From: a virus
Lineage: Duplodnaviria > Caudoviricetes
DNA: 29,780 bases
IMG/VR virus record: IMGVR_UViG_3300043410_000189
Span: 1 to 29,780 of that record
Reading direction: 5' to 3' (one strand)
In this document: positions 22,798 through 29,780 of the stretch, in pieces
Position numbering within the stretch: the stretch's first letter is position 1
Layout of the letters: every line of letters begins with the position of its first letter
Made by a program: the position numbers and the translations under genes
The notes under the pieces: generated by a model
What the model was told of the DNA's origin: nothing
The model's database searches: none
Seen by the model: the letters and a program-made list of their open reading frames with translations, nothing else

Positions 22798-24410
22798 TTA
22801 ACCCTGTTCCTATCTAATGCCTGAGCAGATGTTACTTCACCACTCACTACATAGGCTTGAATAGGTTGTTGTTGGATTTGTGCAAGTTGATTAAATCCTG
22901 AGTTGCCTACTACGTTGAAATTTGGTGCTTGCGCTGCGCTACCTGAAAATGAATTGCTAATGTTTCCACCTCCGCCACCACCACCATTTGGTGTCTGTAC
23001 CGCCGTAATGGCTTTGATATTTTTAATACCTGCTGCAATTGCTAAACCTGCATTAATAGGTGCAAGTACAGGCCCTACAACTGGAACTCCAATAGTTGAG
23101 TCGTATGCTTTTTGGGCAGATAGATAAGTTGATATAGTAGCTTGTGCAATTGCAGCGACTTTACCAACCGCAGTTTGCTCTCCAAATAAATCTGATATTT
23201 GTCCTAAAGTATCAGCAGTTGCAGTTAAAGCATCTTCTTGTGCTTTCTTTTTTGCAGCGGCAATTTCTTGTTCACGCTTCCAAATATTTTCCCTTACTTC
23301 TTGAACTCCTACAAGACCTTGTTTTTCTAATTCTTGAAACTTTAAAGTTTTGTCAATTGATGCTTTTTGAGTTTCTAACTTTGTAAATTCTCCTAAAGCA
23401 TTTAAATCTATTTCTTCTTTCTTTTCTTTGGCACGCTCTTCTTTAAGTCTTAATGCTTCTTCTCTTCTGTCTGCTGCATCTTGCGCTCTTGCTTCTTCTC
23501 TTGCATATCTTTCAGCTTTAATGAAGTTTCGTTCGGTTTCAAGTTGTTCCTTTAATTGTCTTCGTCTTTCTGTTGCTGCTTTTGTATTTTGACCTTGTAA
23601 TTTATTATATTCATCTAAAGCAATATTGTAACGCTCTTGTGCTTGTTGCGAAAGTTTCTGGCTCTTTTCAATTTCAAGTTTGGTCGTATCTTTTCCTGCG
23701 ATAGCTGCCATTCTAATTTCATGGTCATACATTGCAGCAGTAGAATCTGCTCGTCTTTTATTAGACTCAACCATTCGATCATTTGAAGCAGCAATTTTCT
23801 TGTTTGAATCCTCAATTGCTTTTGCAGTTCGTTTAGCTGCATTGTCTGTGAATCCTAACCAATCAGTAAAGTCTTCAAACGCTCTTGTAACTGCTTTTAC
23901 TTCAGTCGTTAGATACACAACGACTCCGACTAAAGCAAGAATACCAGTAGTCATAAAGATTTTAGAAGCAGTAGTCATGCCCATGAAGGCATTTTTAACT
24001 ACTGAACCTAACTGAATGAATGAATCTTTAGCTTCTAACGCTCCTTGAATACCCTGTGAAAGTGCCATTGCTGACTGAACTTTCAATAGTGTTTTTTGTA
24101 GGCTCTCAGATTCTACTCCTACCAAACCTAATGCTCCTTCAAATGCTTGGAATCCATCTAATGCTCCTCCAATTGAACGTGATAAAGCGTTAAACTTAGC
24201 GTCAGGGTTAAACGCATCGGTCAAGTCTTTAGCGTCTGCAATTCTATCTTTTAATTCTGCTGCTTTTTTTGCGGCTAATGCTGCTTGCTCGGATGTAACT
24301 CCAAACTTGTCTGCCATAGCAGCGACTTCTGCTTGTGCTTGGCGAAGTTGTGATTTTAGCGAACCTAAGTTAGTTTCGACTTCTAAGTTTATAGTTTTAG
24401 TTTCTGCCAT
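22782..24410 (-). CDS. Tape measure protein
   Basis: Ala/Lys/Glu-rich helical sequence; LLKVQSAMALSQG; C-terminal AYVVSGEVTSAQALDRN. Confidence 0.8.
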   Translation of the reverse strand: MAETKTINLEVETNLGSLKSQLRQAQAEVAAMADKFGVTSEQAALAAKKAAELKDRIADAKDLTDAFNPDAKFNALSRSIGGALDGFQAFEGALGLVGVESESLQKTLLKVQSAMALSQGIQGALEAKDSFIQLGSVVKNAFMGMTTASKIFMTTGILALVGVVVYLTTEVKAVTRAFEDFTDWLGFTDNAAKRTAKAIEDSNKKIAASNDRMVESNKRRADSTAAMYDHEIRMAAIAGKDTTKLEIEKSQKLSQQAQERYNIALDEYNKLQGQNTKAATERRRQLKEQLETERNFIKAERYAREEARAQDAADRREEALRLKEERAKEKKEEIDLNALGEFTKLETQKASIDKTLKFQELEKQGLVGVQEVRENIWKREQEIAAAKKKAQEDALTATADTLGQISDLFGEQTAVGKVAAIAQATISTYLSAQKAYDSTIGVPVVGPVLAPINAGLAIAAGIKNIKAITAVQTPNGGGGGGGNISNSFSGSAAQAPNFNVVGNSGFNQLAQIQQQPIQAYVVSGEVTSAQALDRNRVKNATL

Positions 24411-24555
24411 TTTTTGCTTTTAATTCACGTTTTGCTTGTTTCCACGCTTTCTTCATAGACGTGTTTAATTCGTGTTTTCCTTTGGCTATATCAATCAACT
24501 TAGACTCTCCATAGAAGTCATCTAATTGAAGCATTGCGACTATTTGTTTTATCAT
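24397..24555 (-). CDS. 52-aa hypothetical protein (not in the ORF track)
   Basis: MIKQIVAMLQLDDFYGESKLIDIAKGKHEL...NGRN; ATGA overlap upstream. Confidence 0.7.
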   Translation of the reverse strand: MIKQIVAMLQLDDFYGESKLIDIAKGKHELNTSMKKAWKQAKRELKAKNGRN

Positions 24556-26816
24556 TGGTAGATGTAAAAAGTTTCTTGCGACTGACTTCCGTTAGCGTAT
24601 GTATATATAACGACAATTGTATATACTGTGTTATCTCCACTTGGTAAGCATATTGAAACCATTGTGGAGTGTTCTATCGGATTAGGACTAAAAGTGACGT
24701 CAGGATTGCTACAAGATAACTCAGCGTTAATCGCTCCGTTTGGTAAATTGATAGTGTATTCAATGCAACCTCCTTCAGTTAATACTTTAGGATTTGGATT
24801 CGTAGAGTTTACTATTGGTCTGAAGTCTAAAATCAATTGAAAGTCTACCTCACCAGTTGTTAGGTTTGATTTCATTTCATTGATAATGTATCGTCTATCT
24901 CTAATGATCAACCTGTCATTTAACTGAAGCCCTGTAATTAATGAAATAGGTAGCTTCGTCTTTACGTTGATTAGTCGTTGCTTTAGATTATACAAGTTGT
25001 ACAAGTAGCTAAAATAGTACGAAGCAAACATTGTATTTTGAATCGGGTATTCTAAAATCGTACTTGTTTCAGGTGAAAAGTTTAAAGTCCAATCTTGCGA
25101 GTTGTATTTTAAGTCTTGACCGAATGGAGTATAAGTGGTTACCGTTGTATGTCCTCCACCATCGTTAGCGAATTTAAAATCGCACGTCTCATTGTCATAT
25201 TGATACAAAAGAACAGGCTTAGGAATATACGGAGCAAACTCGTTGTTTAACGCATATCCTACTTGAAGCATTTGTGTTCCGTTGTATTTTGTTTGTAGTA
25301 GATTCTCGAAAGGTACTTCGACTATAAATTCGCCACCATCGTAATTGTATTGATATGTCGTGTCTCCGTAGTTTCTGTTATAAGTCTGTGAGAATTGCTT
25401 GTTTAAAAAGCATTCTGAATCTTGAAACTTAAAACTTATCTTCTTGTACAATGGCATTCGTGTATGCTCAATTGTATTTACATCCGTGTATTCAGAGATG
25501 TCTACGACTGCGCCTTTTGAATACCAATCGTCTAACGGCTCAATCCAATACTCGTTATCTTTTACAGAGTAGATTGTCATGTTAAACATCAACATGATAC
25601 CTTTGACAAACTCGCCTATCTTCATAATTGGTGCGTTTGCCGATAAGTTAACTTGAAGGTTAAGTGTTAATGGGTCATGCGCAATTGTAACATAGTCTGT
25701 TTGGATTGATCCCGAAGTAATGTAATCTACATTGTATCGTGTTTCAGAAGTTATTACGTTGCTTCCTGATGTACGTATTTGAATTGAATAGGTAGTATTT
25801 AAACCTGCCGTTTGTGTGATGTTTGCAATAGAGTAAACACCAGTACCACTTCCTACGATTGTGCTTAATAAGTTTCCGTTTTGTAGTATATCGATATAGT
25901 AATCATCAGAGGAAGTAGTCGACAATACCTCGAAATCTATTCGGTGCGTAAGTACACCAGCAAGCTCTTCGATTGTAATTGTATTTGTCAGTCCATCCAC
26001 ATAACCACTAAGGTCATAATTCGTGAAAGTGGGGGTAATTGAACTGACTGAAAGTTGGTGAGCATAAGAAGTTGTGATTAAACTTTCTTTCGCTTTAAAC
26101 CACAAGAATAATTTAGTGAAACGCTCGTCATCTAAGAAAGCACCCTGAAAAGAAATGCCATACTTTACTTCAATAGCTTTAAATATGCTTCGAACCCTAA
26201 CCGCAGGGAATAGTTCGTCTTTATTTATCGCACCTGATGTCGTGTGAATATCATTTGAAGTAAGAACAGCAGTTAACCAATTGGGTAACGCAGCAGGCAA
26301 TGGAATAGCTTGATACTCCCAAAGTCTATTTGAAGTGATTAGAGGGTACTTGACATCGTAAGCATTCGTATTGTCAATGATTCTATCGAGTATCTCAGCA
26401 CTTGTGTAGTCATAAGCTAAGTCAGTAAAGTCTAAGTCGCTAATCAAGTCTTCACCGAATGTATCTTTTAGGGTGATTCCTTCTCCGTAGAAAGTTAGCT
26501 TGTAGCTTTCGGGATTTCCTTCTTTGATTACCGCTCCGTCTAATTGTACTTTTCCTTTTCTAAATGTAGTTAGATTAAGTTCTAAATATCCGTCTTTGCG
26601 TAGATTGTTGTCGGTGGTAAAGTCGATATCTGAATTATACCAATGCTGAAAGAACGCATTGTTGACGTCTGAAGCAGGTACAGTAAAACCTTGTGAAAAG
26701 TCCGTGTAAGTCTTTGAAATGTCTTGTACGTTCTGAATAGAACTTGTAACTTGTATCTGCTCGTCATTGAATAACTCAATTCGGTCACCTTCAATGTATA
26801 GTTGTACTTTTCTCAT
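24552..26816 (-). CDS. Large tail tip/hub structural protein
   Basis: IELFNDEQI..DISK..DFSQGFTVPAS..NN; 754 aa, beta-rich; tail module. Confidence 0.7.
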   Translation of the reverse strand: MRKVQLYIEGDRIELFNDEQIQVTSSIQNVQDISKTYTDFSQGFTVPASDVNNAFFQHWYNSDIDFTTDNNLRKDGYLELNLTTFRKGKVQLDGAVIKEGNPESYKLTFYGEGITLKDTFGEDLISDLDFTDLAYDYTSAEILDRIIDNTNAYDVKYPLITSNRLWEYQAIPLPAALPNWLTAVLTSNDIHTTSGAINKDELFPAVRVRSIFKAIEVKYGISFQGAFLDDERFTKLFLWFKAKESLITTSYAHQLSVSSITPTFTNYDLSGYVDGLTNTITIEELAGVLTHRIDFEVLSTTSSDDYYIDILQNGNLLSTIVGSGTGVYSIANITQTAGLNTTYSIQIRTSGSNVITSETRYNVDYITSGSIQTDYVTIAHDPLTLNLQVNLSANAPIMKIGEFVKGIMLMFNMTIYSVKDNEYWIEPLDDWYSKGAVVDISEYTDVNTIEHTRMPLYKKISFKFQDSECFLNKQFSQTYNRNYGDTTYQYNYDGGEFIVEVPFENLLQTKYNGTQMLQVGYALNNEFAPYIPKPVLLYQYDNETCDFKFANDGGGHTTVTTYTPFGQDLKYNSQDWTLNFSPETSTILEYPIQNTMFASYYFSYLYNLYNLKQRLINVKTKLPISLITGLQLNDRLIIRDRRYIINEMKSNLTTGEVDFQLILDFRPIVNSTNPNPKVLTEGGCIEYTINLPNGAINAELSCSNPDVTFSPNPIEHSTMVSICLPSGDNTVYTIVVIYTYANGSQSQETFYIYQ

Positions 26817-27865
26817 TAAACTACGGAATTAATAACGTCATATGCGTATTCAAATTCTAATTGATAGTTAATCATGTGCGTATTTATGCTCTTGAATAAC
26901 TCTGTTGACTTCGAGTTGAGTTTAGCTGGCTTTTTATCAATTAAGATTCGTTCACTAAGCATCATCTCTTTAATTACTTCGCTGAATGATTGGTCAACCC
27001 AATCCGTGTTTACCCTGATGGATTCTTTTCCGTTTAAATTGAATACCTCTCGTTGTCCTTCTAAAATGTTATAGTTAGGAAATCTACTTGGCATTAAATT
27101 GTATTCGTTTCCTTCTACGTTTAACGTGTTGTAACTTGCTTTGAAAAACCATTGTCGTTGCCATGCCCCGTATTTATTTACGAAGTCTATCTGCACTGGA
27201 GTATATTTGCACTCTGATTTTGGTTTAAAAGTAGCCGTGAATAGCACGTTTGAACTTCCGTCAATGATGTCTAATCTGTTTCCGTCAGCAGCATACAAAG
27301 AATAAACTCGTGGTATATCTCTCCACACGTTATTAGTGAGTCCTGTTGTTTGTGTAGCACCTGAAACTAAGTTCGTGTATTTAACCGAGTTTCCTGAGCC
27401 TGTGAAAATACTTAACCACCCATACTCACCACTCAAATTGTAGTTGTATTCGTAAGTTCCTGAGGTTAGCAGGTAGTTTCCTAATGCAGGATTATAACCC
27501 TCAGCAAAATATCCGTAGCCATCTAATCCGTAATGCGTCTGAGTTGCGCCTACTTGGATGAATGAAGTAGTAATTTTCTTATATAGTTTTAGTCCTACGT
27601 TACACCATTGTGCTTGTGGAGTAGCACTTATCGAAGTAGTAACAGTTTGTAATGCGTCATGATCAATAAACTCACGGATGTAAGGTGCAATATCGTAATA
27701 AGTTGCAGGATTATTAGAAGATGGAATCATCTTACTTAATGTATAAGAAGGTGAAGTAGGCATTGAGCCTGTTCCATTCCAAAGATAGATTTCTAATTTA
27801 GTTTCTATTTGTCCTGTTTCGTTTATTGTTACGATGTATGGACTCCGTGCATTTATGTTAGCCAT
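26816..27865 (-). CDS. Tail structural protein (distal tail-like)
   Basis: INARSPY; ECKYTP..FVNKYGAW; MLSE motif; tail module. Confidence 0.65.
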   Translation of the reverse strand: MANINARSPYIVTINETGQIETKLEIYLWNGTGSMPTSPSYTLSKMIPSSNNPATYYDIAPYIREFIDHDALQTVTTSISATPQAQWCNVGLKLYKKITTSFIQVGATQTHYGLDGYGYFAEGYNPALGNYLLTSGTYEYNYNLSGEYGWLSIFTGSGNSVKYTNLVSGATQTTGLTNNVWRDIPRVYSLYAADGNRLDIIDGSSNVLFTATFKPKSECKYTPVQIDFVNKYGAWQRQWFFKASYNTLNVEGNEYNLMPSRFPNYNILEGQREVFNLNGKESIRVNTDWVDQSFSEVIKEMMLSERILIDKKPAKLNSKSTELFKSINTHMINYQLEFEYAYDVINSVV

Positions 27866-28388
27866 TTTCTAATTGGTAAAAAGTGTCGTTAAATAATTTC
27901 ACGGCATCAAGTCCGTATTTTTCTACAAGCGTTTCAGGAAGTTTCTTGTAAGCATCCTCAAAAGGTTTTGTAAAGAATAGGCTTCTTGCAATTCCCTTGT
28001 TAAAAATGCTTCGTGCGAGTGCAAATTTGTAGTTCTTGCGATTTACAAACTTACCCTTTGAATTTCGTGGAGATAGACCTTTTCTTCTAATCCATTTATC
28101 CAAAGATGAAATCATCTGAGCATTTGGCTTTCCTTTTCTGAAGTTGAACTCTGAGCCGTGTTTAATTTTTAATCCATTAACACCTTTGTCTTGATACAAT
28201 CCGTAGTCCTCCATCCAAAACTCCATCTCAAATGAGTTCGGGCTTGATTTAACCCTGCCACCAATAGAGTTGTAAAGCTTCTTAGATGAGTTCTTTTTAA
28301 GTTTTACAAGGTTGCGTTTAGCTTGACTAATTACATAGTCTCTAAAGCGCTCTAACTCCTTCTGTACTTCCGTCTGTTTCATTAACAA
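27858..28388 (-). CDS. Neck/tail completion protein (HK97 gp10-like)
   Basis: Basic; KLYNSI, YGLYQDKGV, ARSIFNKGI..FFTKPFE. Confidence 0.6.
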   Translation of the reverse strand: MLMKQTEVQKELERFRDYVISQAKRNLVKLKKNSSKKLYNSIGGRVKSSPNSFEMEFWMEDYGLYQDKGVNGLKIKHGSEFNFRKGKPNAQMISSLDKWIRRKGLSPRNSKGKFVNRKNYKFALARSIFNKGIARSLFFTKPFEDAYKKLPETLVEKYGLDAVKLFNDTFYQLENG

Positions 28389-28837
28389 ATTGTAACATCA
28401 TTAGGAATAAGTACATCAAAAGTCATTGTCCAACCCGCTAAATAGTTTTCGAATCGTTCTGTAAAAGGCTCGCAAGTAGGATTGCCATCTACAACGATAG
28501 CTGAATCCCACATATTTCCGTGAAGCATTTGTGCATATGCTCTATTGAGAATCTCTAACTGTGTATTTAGAACGTCTTGTTCGTTGTTATTTCCTCTAAA
28601 GATATTAGTGGTTTCGTCTTTTGTTATGTTCACGATGTCCATCGCAATCAGGCTCACGTTAAATCGTACCACGTTTGTTTCAAAAGTGGCATTATTGATC
28701 ATAACGTGTACAAGCGGGAAGATAGTTTGCTTGTTTAAGTCTACTTCAAAAATATCGCCTTCCGTAACTGTATTTACTAACACATCATTATTAAAATGTG
28801 TCTGCATCGCTTCAGTTATAGTGTAAAATCCTGTCAT
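28382..28837 (-). CDS. Tail terminator-like protein
   Basis: VTEGDIF.VDL.KQTIFPL.H; EPFTERFEN.LAGW. Confidence 0.6.
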   Translation of the reverse strand: MTGFYTITEAMQTHFNNDVLVNTVTEGDIFEVDLNKQTIFPLVHVMINNATFETNVVRFNVSLIAMDIVNITKDETTNIFRGNNNEQDVLNTQLEILNRAYAQMLHGNMWDSAIVVDGNPTCEPFTERFENYLAGWTMTFDVLIPNDVTIC

Positions 28838-29116
28838 CTTCTTAGTTGTCTTTCAAATTGTCTTCTTTCGATTTCGTTTTTTTGCTTCTCGAAGGTGAGA
28901 TATGTGAGACATTTAGTAAGTCGAAGTCTGGTAATCTCATCGAACTTTGTAACATCTCCTTTAGCGAGTCCATATATTGACTGATACCATCCCCATCGTT
29001 TGGCAAATTGAGTTGTTTCGCTAAAGTCGTTGACAGGCTCTTGTCCTTCTTCAAGTTCTTCTCCAAATAGTTCAGGGTAGCCGTCAGTAACTCGTTTCCT
29101 AAATTGTAAAAAAAAA
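28834..29116 (-). CDS. -1 frameshift extension of the tail assembly chaperone (G-T-like)
   Basis: The -1 frame is open from the slippery site: FFLQFRKRV..WGWYQSIY..LTYLTFEK; ends in an ATGA overlap with the next gene. Confidence 0.7.
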
Positions 29117-29597
29117 CCGATGCTGAAATGCACACATCCAATGGAGCGAATAACATTAACTCCTGATAGTCCTTGTTTGGTTTATAGTCTTGTACTTGGT
29201 ACTTATCTCCCTTTCGTGTTTTGATAGGTCTGTACATAACTGCCATAGCTTTATGATAGCTTTCCCAATCCTGTAAGTGATTCTCCAAATCTACATACTC
29301 ACCGAAAGTAATCTCCTCTAAATTTGGAATGAACCCGAACTCAATATCTCCTATCTTGAACGTCTGCTTAAATTCAGGCTTTGCTGAGAATAGTTTTGTG
29401 AAATGCACTACCATTTCGTTGAGTGATGTCATCTTAATCTTAGCAACATCAGCCAAACGGATACCGCAGAAAATCTCAATCATCTTTTGAGCAATGAACT
29501 CCTCATCGTTGCTACCTTTCTGCACGTTCAAAAACTCTTGATAGTGCTTTAGTGGTATTTCATTTAATGAAGTTGGTACGTTTATTTTAACTTCCAT
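28842..29597 (-). CDS. Tail assembly chaperone (0-frame product)
   Basis: VPTSLNEI.L; FGFIPNLEEITFGEYVDLE; MAVMYRP; T9 slippery site at 29108-29116. Confidence 0.7.
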   Translation of the reverse strand: MEVKINVPTSLNEIPLKHYQEFLNVQKGSNDEEFIAQKMIEIFCGIRLADVAKIKMTSLNEMVVHFTKLFSAKPEFKQTFKIGDIEFGFIPNLEEITFGEYVDLENHLQDWESYHKAMAVMYRPIKTRKGDKYQVQDYKPNKDYQELMLFAPLDVCISASVFFYNLGNELLTATLNYLEKNLKKDKSLSTTLAKQLNLPNDGDGISQYMDSLKEMLQSSMRLPDFDLLNVSHISPSRSKKTKSKEDNLKDN

Positions 29598-29600
29598 ATT

Positions 29601-29630
29601 TACTTAACGATTAATCCTTGTTTTTGTAGT
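29601..29630 (-). promoter_or_regulatory. Putative ECF-type late promoter ACTACA-N15-CGTTAAGTA
   Basis: TCGTTAAGTA-aat-ATG. Confidence 0.6.
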
Positions 29631-29780
29631 GTACACGCATGACGTAAGCATATGCATTCGTCAACATCTGAGCATGTAGCCTGATTTTAAAAGCATCGTC
29701 AAACACTATCTTCACTCGTTTACCTGTCTTGTCGTAGATGTAGTCCTCTATTACGGCTTTCATCATTGGCAAATCATCTG
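29611..29780 (-). CDS. 61-aa protein spanning the circular junction (ATG at 143, stop at 29611)
   Basis: MDNTQSDDLPMMKAVIEDYIYDKTGKRVKIVF...HYKNKD reads openly across the overlap. Confidence 0.65.
   Translation of the reverse strand, partial: DDLPMMKAVIEDYIYDKTGKRVKIVFDDAFKIRLHAQMLTNAYAYVMRVHYKNKD
29654..29780. repeat. Terminal direct repeat (identical to 1-127)
   Basis: Exact 127-bp match to the window start. Confidence 0.95.

Larger units (their letters stand above)
1..29780 (-). mobile_element. Complete tailed dsDNA phage genome (~29,653 bp), probable Bacteroidota siphovirus
   Basis: Terminases, portal, capsid, tail, lysis and replication genes; circularising overlap; TAnnTTTG promoters. 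Confidence 0.92.

Noticed and set aside
13342-26794. Nested minus-strand ORFs at 13342, 23615 and 26582
   Set aside because: They are out-of-frame ORFs within large conserved genes.
926-28984. All plus-strand ORFs in the track
   Set aside because: They are antisense shadows of well-supported minus-strand genes, with no motifs or promoters.
1-29780. Alternative genetic code or strong GATC avoidance
   Set aside because: Genes translate to full length with code 11 and GATC occurs repeatedly. Depletion of other palindromes cannot be judged without counting.

Overview
The window appears to be a complete ~29.65-kb genome of a small tailed dsDNA phage (siphovirus-like). Bases 29654-29780 exactly repeat bases 1-127, which is consistent with an assembly overlap on a circular contig. 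The host is probably Bacteroidota (Flavobacteriia-like), judged from TAnnTTTG promoters and A-rich translation starts without Shine-Dalgarno sites. Essentially all real genes are on the minus strand. The early/replication arm has small ORFs, a replication initiator with iterons, an SF4 helicase, NinG, a NUMOD4-HNH, ERF, a YqaJ-like exonuclease, an SSB-like protein and an ECF-type sigma factor. Then come terS/terL and a late arm with an unusual order: tail chaperone, tail, tape measure, protease, scaffold, capsid, major tail, portal, adaptor, receptor-binding protein, holin, GH108 endolysin, u-spanin and a metallophosphoesterase. No integrase, repressor cassette, methyltransferase or tRNA was recognised. 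The non-coding signals are the most interesting part: (1) a 10-12-nt seed antisense to the shared ACGCTATGAAAA start context of several early genes, placed just before two terminators, one of them with its own promoter (a candidate sRNA switch); (2) a 1.7-kb array of small gene cassettes joined by a conserved AAACAACAAGAACAATGA stop/start junction; (3) ECF-type AACA-N14-16-CGTT late promoters at a fixed distance from ATG; (4) two leaders in which a terminator loop pairs with the 5' end; (5) a ~21-bp-period array of bipartite, Type I R-M-like motifs; (6) a -1 frameshift with long dual coding. Product calls come from motif recognition by eye, not from database searches.
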